Positions 1 through 7,863 of a stretch of DNA of 15,647 nucleotides are shown here, piece after piece. Within the stretch, counting starts at the first letter, position 1. Every line of letters begins with the position of its first letter. A program made the translations under genes and the position numbers. This DNA comes from a virus (Duplodnaviria; Heunggongvirae; Uroviricota; Caudoviricetes), in IMG/VR virus record IMGVR_UViG_3300049988_000008, positions 1-15,647 of that record, one strand, 5' to 3'. The notes beneath the pieces were generated by a model that ran no database searches, was not told the DNA's origin, and worked only from the letters and a program-made list of their open reading frames with translations.

Positions 1-1074
1 TGCTGCTGCATCAGGTGGCGTGACATGGATCACGGCGTCGAGACGGCCCGGACGCAGCATGGCGGCGTTGATCGAGTCCAGGTCGTTGGTGGTCAGCACG
101 GTGATGATGTTGGCGTTCTTGGTGTCGATGCCATCCAGGATGTTCAGGATGTCGTCCATGGCAACCGAACGGTCACCGTTGACTTCGCGGTCGATGTCTT
201 CGCAGAAGATGACGCAGGCCGGCGACTGGTATTGCTTGGCGAACTCGATTGCATGCGACAGCTCGTTCGCACGTGGGACGTAGACGTAGGTGATGCCATT
301 GTCCACAGCCAGGCGGCTGGCGACGGTGGCGGCCATGGTCTTACCGGTGCCGAACGTGCCGGACAGCAGGATGCCACGCTTGACAGGGATGCCGTTTGCG
401 ATGCAGTCAGCTGCACGCGAGACTGGGGTGAACAGGTTCGTTTCAACCGATGCTTGCACGTCAGCAGCGTAGATCAGGCCATCTGGATTGATCTTGCTGG
501 TGTCGAGGAACTTCGGTTCTGGCATGCGCAGTGGCGTGCCATCGTTGTCGAGGAAACGAATCTTGATCGCCTTGCCCTTGTAGATCGAGCCGGTCTTCAG
601 GTATTCACGCACTTCAGCGAACAGCGAGCGAACGGTGTTCTCGTTCATGCGCAGCACGTTGGCGTCGATGGCGAAGGTGTAGCGACCTTCCTTCATGGCG
701 ACACTGGTTTCGATGTGGCCCTTGATGTTCGGCAGCGAGAAGCGGCCCCATGGCACGGAGGCGTAGACGCCCGGTGCGGTTTCGACGTTGACCAGTTGTG
801 GTGGGGTGTCGCCGAAGAAGCCAGGGGTGCTGGTAGCTGGAGCCCAGCCGAACTTGGCGATCAGGACTTCAGCCAGTGCATGCGCGCCGTCGTACGGCAG
901 CACATCGTATTCTTCACGGAAGGCGGTGACTTCCTTCTCGTATTCGGCGCGACGTTCCAGCAGGTCCATGGCCTGTGGCAGCGACATGTTTTCCGGCAGG
1001 ATGAGTTGCTCGCCGTGGCGAACGATTTCGGTCACTGCGATGATTTGTGCTTGGTCTTTGAGGGATTTGCCCAT
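1..1074 (-). CDS. AAA+ ATPase with an FtsH/CDC48-type ATPase domain and long N-terminal domain; 3' end truncated by window edge (358 codons visible)
   Basis: Not in the ORF track. Manual translation from ATG at 1074 (GGAG RBS upstream) stays open to position 1: MGKSLKDQAQIIAV... Walker A GTFGTGKT, Walker B VIFCEDID, and second region of homology TTNDLDSINAAMLRPGRLD with Arg finger. Confidence 0.9.
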   Translation of the reverse strand, partial: MGKSLKDQAQIIAVTEIVRHGEQLILPENMSLPQAMDLLERRAEYEKEVTAFREEYDVLPYDGAHALAEVLIAKFGWAPATSTPGFFGDTPPQLVNVETAPGVYASVPWGRFSLPNIKGHIETSVAMKEGRYTFAIDANVLRMNENTVRSLFAEVREYLKTGSIYKGKAIKIRFLDNDGTPLRMPEPKFLDTSKINPDGLIYAADVQASVETNLFTPVSRAADCIANGIPVKRGILLSGTFGTGKTMAATVASRLAVDNGITYVYVPRANELSHAIEFAKQYQSPACVIFCEDIDREVNGDRSVAMDDILNILDGIDTKNANIITVLTTNDLDSINAAMLRPGRLDAVIHVTPPDAAA

Positions 1075-1131
1075 TTTGATACTCCGATTTTTTCAGGGGG
1101 ATTAAGTTGCGAAAATACAACAGGAAAGGGT

Positions 1132-1209
1132 GGTGCTTGTCTGGCCGAACCGATGGTTGTGAGAAGTACCGGTATAGGGGAGTGCGGCTCCTTGATGCCG
1201 ACAAGCACC
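1132..1209. repeat. Inverted repeat in the leader of the AAA+ gene (GGTGCTTGTC ... GACAAGCACC)
   Basis: Perfect 10-bp inverted repeat at 1132-1141 and 1200-1209, extendable by 3 bp (GGC/GCC) with one bulge. Confidence 0.6.
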
Positions 1210-1240
1210 GTTAAAAAGATGTAACGGTAGAACAGACCGA

Positions 1241-1266
1241 AACCGCAGAACCGCCCGAAGGGGCGG
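1241..1266 (-). terminator. GC hairpin plus conserved tail after the 263-aa gene; probable terminator or 3' stabiliser
   Basis: CCGCCC-GAAG-GGGCGG 6-bp stem, 27 nt past the stop. On the transcript it is followed by UUCUGCGGUUUCGG, a weak U-tract. Confidence 0.55.
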
Positions 1267-1293
1267 CTCATACGGTAGGCCGACGATGATGTA

Positions 1294-2085
1294 TTACTTG
1301 GCCGAAGCCGATGCTTTTTCGATGGCGTCGCTGGCAGTTGCAGCAGCTTCCTTGGCTTGGGAAGTCTTGGCTTCCAGGCGCTCTTTGCGTGCTGCCAGTG
1401 GGCCTTGCATCAGCTCACCGAGCAGACCTTTGATGCCTTCAGGCGAATCCGATTGTTGCAGCATTTCGGCCATGTTCTCTGGAAGAACTGGCGGATACAG
1501 TGCATCAGGGAAGTGGTCGATCTTGACCAGTTCCAGTGGACCCACGTAGGTACGTGGTTCGCCATTGGTGCCTTCGTCGTCGTCGGAGCCTTGCGTACCG
1601 GTGAACGGCGAAATCTGGATGTTGCCATGCCAGATGCCTTTCAGCGTTTCGATCTGGACAGCGAAGCATTCGAACGCTGTCGGATGATCTTTCAGCTTGA
1701 AATCGTCTGGCAGATCGGCAACCAGCAGTTCTTTACGAACTTCAGGCGGCACCGACCATGCTTCGCCCATGGCGATGTTGACGATCATGTCGTGATCCAT
1801 TGCGTGGCTTGCACCGAACATCGACATGCTGCGACGATCAGGTGCACCGTCCATGTCCAGCAGGGCATGGTTACCGTCTTGGTCCAGTTGGACGTAGCAT
1901 GCTGGCAGTTCGATGCCTTTCTTCATGGCATGACCGGCGACGTGGAACAGCTTGGCCAGTTCATGCACGATGTTTTCGGGCAGTGCTGGCGAGATGAAGA
2001 CGACTGGGACAGGGACTTTGCAACCTTCTTCATCGTTGCCTTTGAAGGTCATGTCAACTTGGTTGACTGGGTCTTGGATGCTCAT
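1294..2085 (-). CDS. Hypothetical protein (263 aa), acidic, with an Ala/Lys-rich helical C-terminus
   Basis: Long ORF with AGGA RBS, strong codon bias, and the same strand as its neighbours. No family recognised. Confidence 0.85.
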   Translation of the reverse strand: MSIQDPVNQVDMTFKGNDEEGCKVPVPVVFISPALPENIVHELAKLFHVAGHAMKKGIELPACYVQLDQDGNHALLDMDGAPDRRSMSMFGASHAMDHDMIVNIAMGEAWSVPPEVRKELLVADLPDDFKLKDHPTAFECFAVQIETLKGIWHGNIQISPFTGTQGSDDDEGTNGEPRTYVGPLELVKIDHFPDALYPPVLPENMAEMLQQSDSPEGIKGLLGELMQGPLAARKERLEAKTSQAKEAAATASDAIEKASASAK

Positions 2086-2134
2086 GATGTTTCCTTTTTG
2101 ATGTGATGGGTTGACTGTCTGATTTTTAAGGGGA

Positions 2135-3184
2135 TCAGAACAGGGATTTGAGCTTAAGCAATAGATTCGCTACAGCTGGTACTGCCAAGAGACTGCGATC
2201 TTTCTTGATCGCATATCGCATGGTCACTACTTGGAACTCCATAGGCAAACGCTGAATAAACTTCATCAGTTCACCTATGTTGTCTTTAGTAGTAGCACGG
2301 CCAATTGAACCAGACAGAGCGAACAACACTCCCGGTTCCCCAGGGATATCAATCCCTGTTGGATTGGCTATGATGGATGCCACGGTCGGCAGCGATCCAT
2401 AATACGCACAGAACGCGAGGAACTCGCGGGTGACACCATGGCCAACATTGCCAGCTGATCCAATAAAGAAATCTGGATCAAGAACATTGTTGTCACAGGC
2501 TTTCTGCAACAGATCGTCATTGGCATGCCACGTACGTGGCGAAGCGTAAGCCATATCCAATGAATTGGGATCGAACTGGTACAGATGGTCGTTACGGAAC
2601 TGAATGTAATCCGTGATGCGATGGTTGATACCGTTATCCAGCGCCCACTGAATCCATTCAGGCACGTCTAACCGCAATTGGAGATGGGTCATACGTGACT
2701 TCAATGCCGAGGACATTGGATGCACCACAGCATTGTCAGATTCGAGATTGCCTGCACCGACGATGAAACACATCTTGTGCAGTTTGTGATTGCCGACCAT
2801 ACGATCAAGAATCACCTTGTATGCAGCCGCTTGAACTGGTGGCGTTGCACTGGTCAGTTCATCAAGGAACAACAACCAGCCGTTGTAACCTTCGGGGATG
2901 GCATCTGTTTCCAATGGGAACGTGTCCATTGGAGTGTAGCCGGACTTGTTGCGAGCTTTATCGAGATACGGGAAGCCAAGCAGGTCAGTTGGTTCGCATT
3001 GGCTCAGGCGAAGGTCAATCACCAGCAATTTACTGGCAGCAGCCAATGCATATATGATGCTGGACTTGCCAATTGCTGGACTGCCATGAAGCATTGGAAC
3101 TCGGCCCGACTTGAGCACCTTACGGATGACGTTGTACGCCTCGCTTGGTTTGACGGTGAGTTCTGAACTGGGTACTGAATCCAT
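2135..3184 (-). CDS. gp24: N4 gp24-like MoxR/AAA_5-type ATPase
   Basis: Walker A HGSPAIGKS, LRLSQ motif, Walker B LLFLDE, VGAGN sensor. The 349-aa length and position downstream of RNAP II and HNH match N4-like gene order. Confidence 0.88.
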   Translation of the reverse strand: MDSVPSSELTVKPSEAYNVIRKVLKSGRVPMLHGSPAIGKSSIIYALAAASKLLVIDLRLSQCEPTDLLGFPYLDKARNKSGYTPMDTFPLETDAIPEGYNGWLLFLDELTSATPPVQAAAYKVILDRMVGNHKLHKMCFIVGAGNLESDNAVVHPMSSALKSRMTHLQLRLDVPEWIQWALDNGINHRITDYIQFRNDHLYQFDPNSLDMAYASPRTWHANDDLLQKACDNNVLDPDFFIGSAGNVGHGVTREFLAFCAYYGSLPTVASIIANPTGIDIPGEPGVLFALSGSIGRATTKDNIGELMKFIQRLPMEFQVVTMRYAIKKDRSLLAVPAVANLLLKLKSLF

Positions 3185-3205
3185 TCAGTTCTCCTGTGAT
3201 TTGTA

Positions 3206-3236
3206 CAAAAAGAAGGAGAGGCTGTTACGCCTCTCC
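3206..3236 (-). terminator. Rho-independent terminator
   Basis: GGAGAGGC-TGTTAC-GCCTCTCC 8-bp stem (3215-3236), followed on the minus strand by UUCUUUUUGU. Confidence 0.75.
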
Positions 3237-3277
3237 CAAAGGAACCCCAGTTGATGCCTCGCGGAGGAGCAGACATC

Positions 3278-3302
3278 AACCGCAGAAGCGCGGGGACCGC
3301 GC
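3278..3302 (-). other. Repeated hairpin element (AACCGCAGAA + GCGCGG-GGA-CCGCGC)
   Basis: 6-bp stem 14 nt after the stop at 3317. The flanking 10-mer is identical to 1241-1250 and the stem is identical to 8452-8467. Confidence 0.6.
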
Positions 3303-3316
3303 ATCAGGAACAACGA

Positions 3317-3739
3317 TCAGCCGCCCAGTACCTTCAGGCGAGCTTCGATCTGCTCTTTGGTCATGCCCTTCAGTTCTTCTGCATGTTTTTCCAGCAGCAG
3401 TTGACGCAAGGTTGCCTTTTCGCTTTCACGAGCAGCCGATTCCACTTTCGCAGCGTTCTCGGCTTGCTTGGTTTCGATGATGGCCTTGACCACTTCCAGT
3501 TTCAGCTGGAGTTCTTTCTTCGGCGCGTTGTTCGCCGGTGTGATCAGGCTTTCTTCTTCCTGCTGGCGCAGTTCACGCAGGATCACCTTGCCCACACCAT
3601 CTAGATCGCTCTGATTGGTGCGAGTGGTTTGCAGTGGCAAGTCCCACAGTTGTTCAACCGAAAGGTTGTTGTGGGCTTGTGCTTCGAAACGCAGCTTTTG
3701 ACGAGTTGCTGCGAGGAATACGTTCAGTACATCGGACAT
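3317..3739 (-). CDS. Conserved phage hypothetical protein (140 aa, KLRF...LSVEQLWDLPL motif, coiled-coil C-terminus)
   Basis: Start moved from the track's 3910 to MSDVLNVF at 3739 (AGAAGGAAC RBS; removes overlap with the upstream gene). From memory, this motif is seen in phage proteins encoded near ~690-aa proteins like 4565..6637. Confidence 0.8.
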   Translation of the reverse strand: MSDVLNVFLAATRQKLRFEAQAHNNLSVEQLWDLPLQTTRTNQSDLDGVGKVILRELRQQEEESLITPANNAPKKELQLKLEVVKAIIETKQAENAAKVESAARESEKATLRQLLLEKHAEELKGMTKEQIEARLKVLGG

Positions 3740-3755
3740 GATTGTTCCTTCTGGG

Positions 3756-4166
3756 TTATGCAGGCTTGTTGTCAAGCCATGCTTGTTTGATTGCTTTTTC
3801 GATAGCCTTTTGTTGCTCCATCGAAGCGATGAGACGGAATTGATTGTTGATATGATTTTCCAGTTCTTGAGCAACGAAGTCACCATCTGGCATATCAAAT
3901 TCACTACCATTCCATTCAGTGTTCTCTGCGAATTGGTAGCCTACCTGATAGTAGATGTCACCTTTGTAGTCTTCAGGATACTCGAAGGTCACATTGAATG
4001 CAGCCTCCACCATTGCCACAGCAGCAGGAACATACTTGTTCATACTGATGAGGAAGTCGATATCCTGATTGAACGAACTGTTATCAAACAGATCGTCATC
4101 ACGAGCACATCCTTTTTGACCCGCAGCAAACAAAGCTGCGGCAATCATCATTTCTTTACGGGACAT
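3756..4166 (-). CDS. Hypothetical protein (136 aa), paralog of 4169..4546
   Basis: Tightly packed ORF with GGAG RBS. Shares MSRK..IAA, YV.....MVE and YY..G..FA blocks with its neighbour. Confidence 0.8.
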   Translation of the reverse strand: MSRKEMMIAAALFAAGQKGCARDDDLFDNSSFNQDIDFLISMNKYVPAAVAMVEAAFNVTFEYPEDYKGDIYYQVGYQFAENTEWNGSEFDMPDGDFVAQELENHINNQFRLIASMEQQKAIEKAIKQAWLDNKPA

Positions 4167-4168
4167 GA

Positions 4169-4546
4169 TTACATCTCCTTCAGCTTCTTGACCAGATTGA
4201 TCATCTGATCCCGGTTAAGGACTTCACCGAAGGCTTGGGTGACCGTATTGATGAGAAGCGCCTTGCCGTCTTCTTCAGTTGGCAGACGCCCTTCATTGCG
4301 AATGAAGCGAGCGAAATCGTCACCGAATTCGTAGTACACGTTCCGGTTGACGTTATTCGGTTTCTTCATGCCGATGCCTTCACCGACTTCGACCATGTCG
4401 AAAGCCAGTTGGACATACGGTGTCAGAGCCTCGATCTGTTGAGGCACGGTGATGCCTGTACGCTCGGAGATTTTCCACGAATGTTCGCGTTCACCCACGG
4501 CAAAAGCCATGTGGGATGCAGCGATGATCAGGAGTTTGCGGGACAT
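4169..4546 (-). CDS. Hypothetical protein (125 aa), paralog of 3756..4166
   Basis: AAAGGA RBS and tight operon packing; shared motifs with the downstream neighbour. Confidence 0.8.
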   Translation of the reverse strand: MSRKLLIIAASHMAFAVGEREHSWKISERTGITVPQQIEALTPYVQLAFDMVEVGEGIGMKKPNNVNRNVYYEFGDDFARFIRNEGRLPTEEDGKALLINTVTQAFGEVLNRDQMINLVKKLKEM

Positions 4547-4564
4547 GTTGTCCTTTCTGTTCTA

Positions 4565-6637
4565 TTAGAACTTGACGTTGTAGTTGCGGTGGCCGTTGAC
4601 TTGAATCGTCACGGTATCACCACGAGTTGAGCTGAAGCCCAGGCCGGAGAGTTGATTCTCGGTTGGTTGAGCCATGGTTTTGTTGCCGAGCACTTCGAAC
4701 ACCTTGCGATGCTGTTCCAGTTCTGGCTTCAGGAATTCGTTGTAGATGCCACGAGTCGGAACTGGGTTCTTGCAGCCTTCCAGCACGAAGATGAAATGCT
4801 TGTTGCCGATTGCCTGATCGCCCCAGTGATTCGGGGACAGCATCATGGTATCGACCTTGGTGAACTTCTCGGTCTGAATGCCCCACTTCTCTTGCGAGAA
4901 TGCACGGCCTTCGATACCGGCACCAACTACCATGTCAGCGATCTGGCCATTGGTGATTTTAAAGCGCAGTGCAGTGGTTCCCGAACCGGATGGTGGCGAC
5001 GACTTGGCGCTGTAATGCATGGTCTGACCATTGACTGCCAGTTCAATCGTAAAGCCAGGATCGCTGGTCTCACGCTTGTTGTAGTTGATGATGTTGACGG
5101 TATAGTTGCCATCGGTCAGGCGCTTGTACGTCACGTTTTCGACAGGTTCACGAGTCGTACCACGACCAGCATTCATGTCCACGTCCAGCTTACCGCCCAT
5201 TGGCGATTCGTAGCCACGATTACCGAAGTAGATTTCGTGAGTACTGGTGCGTGGACGACCGCCACGAGGTCCCATTGTTGGCAGCGATTCTTCGATGACA
5301 TGCAGGTCCAGATCATCATGATTGAACCAAGCCAGCGAGATACGCAGAGCACCATCCACAGCACCACCAGCGGCCTTCACACGTTCCTTGATCGAGTCCG
5401 TGATGTTGCCATCGTAGGACCATGCGAACGCGTTGTCCCACTTGAAGATGTGGGGTGCCGATGGATCGACTGGAGCAGTCAACGAGACGAAGTTGGCTTG
5501 ATGCTCGTTCTTCACGAGCAGGCTCATGGTCTTAGCAGTGGGCAACACCGTGTCCATGAAGTCAGCGATGCCAATTTCCACTGCCTTGGTGTTGGTGACT
5601 GTCTCGCTTTGCTTCACAGCCACATCCATCAGCAGACCCTTGACACCGCCGTTCTTCATCTTGCTGCGGATATCGTTGTCCACGAACAGGATGTCATTGA
5701 CGGACACGTCTTCCGCAACAGCGAAGCGACGATGAGTACTTGGTTCGATACCGAGTTCATCGATGGCCTTGGTAGCTGCTTCTACCATGCGTGGCGTGAT
5801 CAGGGCAGTCGGACGCTTGTAGTTCGTAGGAGCCATGACTGTCTCCCACTGCTTGACTGCTGATTCCACGTCCATGCCTTCGGACAGGCTGATGAGCAGC
5901 GTACCGAATGCTGTCTTACGCAGCGTAGCGCCCTTCTCATTGAAGCGGGACCAGATCATGATGTCCTTGGCTTCTTGAGTAGGAAGGCTGTTGTAGTTCG
6001 ACTGCAACCCAGCAAACATACCGAAACTGAGAGCGAATTCCTGACCACGATACAGTGCGCCTTCAGTCGTTATCAGTTCATGCACAGCTTCGATTGCTTC
6101 ACGAGTGATTTCTTCCATACCACGACGGAATACCTGCACCTTGGCATTGGCTTCACCGATTTGCGTTGCAGCCTGGTCGCCAGCGAAGTGTTTCTTGGCG
6201 ATCTTGCCGGTGAAGAAGTGTTCCCAGATGATTGCTGGGCCGCCTGGTGTGGCATTTGGTTCAGCATTCTTCTGGACACCATAGCTCGACATTTCTGCAC
6301 GGAAGATTGACTTGATTGCACGAGCACGAATCAACTGATCCATTGCTTCAGCAACCATGTCGTAAGTGCGATCACCGCAGCAGACATCCCAGACGGTGTG
6401 AATCTTGCCATCAATGATGGCGACCACGTTACCGATGTTACGGATGAAGTTCTTGCACGTGCTGCATTCGTGTTCACGAGCTTGACGGAAGATTTCGTTG
6501 GTGCCTGCTGGGAAAGCGTTTTGATACGCTTCGTAAACAGCATCACCTTCGATATCCACCACGAACAGTTCGTGTTTGGACATTGCAATGAATTGCGCGT
6601 GTACAGCCGCTGCGAACAGCGAGAATTTGTCAGACAT
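4565..6637 (-). CDS. Large conserved phage protein (690 aa) with an N-terminal HxCxxC motif and a C-terminal YfaP/DUF2135-like segment
   Basis: HECSTC near the N-terminus. LRISLAWFNHDDLDLHV...EIYFGN...GGKLDVDMN...EPVENV resembles the DUF2135/YfaP signature. AAAGGA RBS; start overlaps the HNH stop. Confidence 0.85.
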   Translation of the reverse strand: MSDKFSLFAAAVHAQFIAMSKHELFVVDIEGDAVYEAYQNAFPAGTNEIFRQAREHECSTCKNFIRNIGNVVAIIDGKIHTVWDVCCGDRTYDMVAEAMDQLIRARAIKSIFRAEMSSYGVQKNAEPNATPGGPAIIWEHFFTGKIAKKHFAGDQAATQIGEANAKVQVFRRGMEEITREAIEAVHELITTEGALYRGQEFALSFGMFAGLQSNYNSLPTQEAKDIMIWSRFNEKGATLRKTAFGTLLISLSEGMDVESAVKQWETVMAPTNYKRPTALITPRMVEAATKAIDELGIEPSTHRRFAVAEDVSVNDILFVDNDIRSKMKNGGVKGLLMDVAVKQSETVTNTKAVEIGIADFMDTVLPTAKTMSLLVKNEHQANFVSLTAPVDPSAPHIFKWDNAFAWSYDGNITDSIKERVKAAGGAVDGALRISLAWFNHDDLDLHVIEESLPTMGPRGGRPRTSTHEIYFGNRGYESPMGGKLDVDMNAGRGTTREPVENVTYKRLTDGNYTVNIINYNKRETSDPGFTIELAVNGQTMHYSAKSSPPSGSGTTALRFKITNGQIADMVVGAGIEGRAFSQEKWGIQTEKFTKVDTMMLSPNHWGDQAIGNKHFIFVLEGCKNPVPTRGIYNEFLKPELEQHRKVFEVLGNKTMAQPTENQLSGLGFSSTRGDTVTIQVNGHRNYNVKF

Positions 6638-7004
6638 TTTTCTTTTCCTTTGCGCGTTTAGCGCGTAAACGTTGATTTTTGAGATGACTTACCATGGTCA
6701 GATGTGCTGGATGGCAACACAGTCTGTTATTGCAGAGATGGTCAATCTGTTTTTTACCGGGGATATAACCAAAGTAATTGGTGTACATGACCAGATGAAC
6801 AGCAACCGTCTGTCCATTAAGTGACATACGACCGTACCCACCACCTCTTCCTGTACCTGAATCGGGTCCAGTCCAGATATGACAAGGACTTGGCTTGCCA
6901 TCAAGGATAAAACCCAAATCTCGTACTTCAACTCGCTCTTGGATACGATCAAGTATTTCTTTTCGTCTATCCAACAAGTTAGAGACAACTACGATGGATG
7001 ACAT
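6630..7004 (-). CDS. gp22: HNH endonuclease, N4 gp22-like (Zn-binding His-Me finger)
   Basis: CHIWTG...GYG...VHLVMY...IDHLCNNRLCCHPAHL..V...N motif set; position between RNAP II and gp24. Confidence 0.85.
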   Translation of the reverse strand: MSSIVVVSNLLDRRKEILDRIQERVEVRDLGFILDGKPSPCHIWTGPDSGTGRGGGYGRMSLNGQTVAVHLVMYTNYFGYIPGKKQIDHLCNNRLCCHPAHLTMVSHLKNQRLRAKRAKEKKNV

Positions 7005-7013
7005 GGTAATTCC

Positions 7014-7217
7014 TTATGAAATTAAGAGTTGATGTGCTTGAAGATGTTTGATTACATCTTTAGCATTGGTTCGGGTTTCTCGGAGATGTGACCAATCTAC
7101 ACAGTCACTGCATGGTGGATGTAGATGGCAACTACAGTTGCGATCAGGTGGTACTTCTAACTGCTCCAATAGTTCTTCAATGCAGTTGATTGATTCTTCA
7201 TACACACTGATAGCCAT
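7014..7217 (-). CDS. Small hypothetical protein with a CSCHxxPPCxxC putative metal-binding motif
   Basis: NCSCHLHPPCSDC in a 67-aa ORF with GAGG RBS. Confidence 0.75.
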   Translation of the reverse strand: MAISVYEESINCIEELLEQLEVPPDRNCSCHLHPPCSDCVDWSHLRETRTNAKDVIKHLQAHQLLIS

Positions 7218-7219
7218 AT

Positions 7220-7492
7220 CTACCTCAGCAGTTGATAGGTCTTATCAGCAAGACGACAGTAGATAGCGAACTGAGTTGGACTTAACTCACCATCCATGCT
7301 GTTGTTCTTTGCGTATATGTGGATACTATCCAATGAAACTGATTCCAATCCTGTGCTTTCAAGTTCACGAGCAATTTCTTCCATGAACATGAGGTAGCGC
7401 ATTCCTTGTTCCACTGTCAGTACTCGACCGAAGTCAATAGCACTGACATGTGCCAGAGTGTCGAACAGTGGAAGATCAAGGAGCTTTTTCAT
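7220..7492 (-). CDS. Hypothetical protein (90 aa)
   Basis: GAGGAG RBS; packed in the operon. Confidence 0.75.
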   Translation of the reverse strand: MKKLLDLPLFDTLAHVSAIDFGRVLTVEQGMRYLMFMEEIARELESTGLESVSLDSIHIYAKNNSMDGELSPTQFAIYCRLADKTYQLLR

Positions 7493-7631
7493 TCAAATTC
7501 TCCTCTTTATGTTTCTCAATGAGGAATTTGATAGCAAGTAGTTCACTAGCTTGAACTGGAATACTGCTATTGGTTTGAATGCCAATAATCATGCTATTAA
7601 GCATCATCAGTGCAATATCAAGTTTATTCAT
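7476..7631 (-). CDS. Small hypothetical protein (51 aa, MNKLDIALMMLNSMIIGIQ...)
   Basis: Not in the track. Manual translation fills the 7493-7623 gap exactly and overlaps both neighbours (ATGAATAA coupling with the upstream gene). Confidence 0.65.
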   Translation of the reverse strand: MNKLDIALMMLNSMIIGIQTNSSIPVQASELLAIKFLIEKHKEENLNEKAP

Positions 7632-7863
7632 GCTTGTTACTCTCTTCAATCTGCTTGAGCAGACTGTTGTGGTATGTCATCAACAGCCCAACCATTTGAT
7701 TGGGCGTATTGATAGGTAATTGGGAAAGTCCCAGGTCGATGACAGCATTAAGACTGTCAAGCGTAGGGAACAGAGTCATACGAACCGGGCGAAGGCCCGG
7801 CTGCACAACTACTTCTTCATTACCGTTGATGACACCATCAACCGACTTTGGTGTCGTTTGCAT
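7624..7863 (-). CDS. Hypothetical protein (79 aa), resembling a small conserved N4-like middle protein (LFPT.DS...SQLPI...LLMTYHN)
   Basis: ORF with GGAAG RBS in the operon; motif recalled from N4-like phages, not verified. Confidence 0.75.
   Translation of the reverse strand: MQTTPKSVDGVINGNEEVVVQPGLRPVRMTLFPTLDSLNAVIDLGLSQLPINTPNQMVGLLMTYHNSLLKQIEESNKHE

Noticed and set aside
1128-1209. Possible tRNA on the minus strand (GGTGCTT...AAGCACC-A-CCC, contains GGTTCG)
   Set aside because: No paired T-arm, D-arm or anticodon arm, and it ends in CCC rather than CCA. Kept only as a structured leader.
25-1224. 399-aa plus-strand ORF
   Set aside because: Antisense shadow of the codon-biased minus-strand AAA+ gene, which has clear Walker and SRH motifs; no RBS or motif of its own.
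1357-2106. 249-aa plus-strand ORF
   Set aside because: Antisense shadow of the 263-aa gene; against the direction of the whole operon.
3256-3270. CTCGC-GGA-G resembling the third early promoter
   Set aside because: The stem needs a bulge, there is no CC at the conserved distance, and it would fire straight into the terminator.
4652-5863. 403-aa plus-strand ORF
   Set aside because: Antisense shadow of the 690-aa gene.
6630-7004. HNH gene as a mobile homing endonuclease or intron
   Set aside because: It is free-standing, interrupts no gene, and sits at the usual gp22 position of N4-like phages.
7521-7610. Several imperfect hairpins in an apparent intergenic gap, suggesting an ncRNA
   Set aside because: The gap is fully explained by a 51-aa coupled ORF (7476..7631), and the stems are weak and AT-rich.
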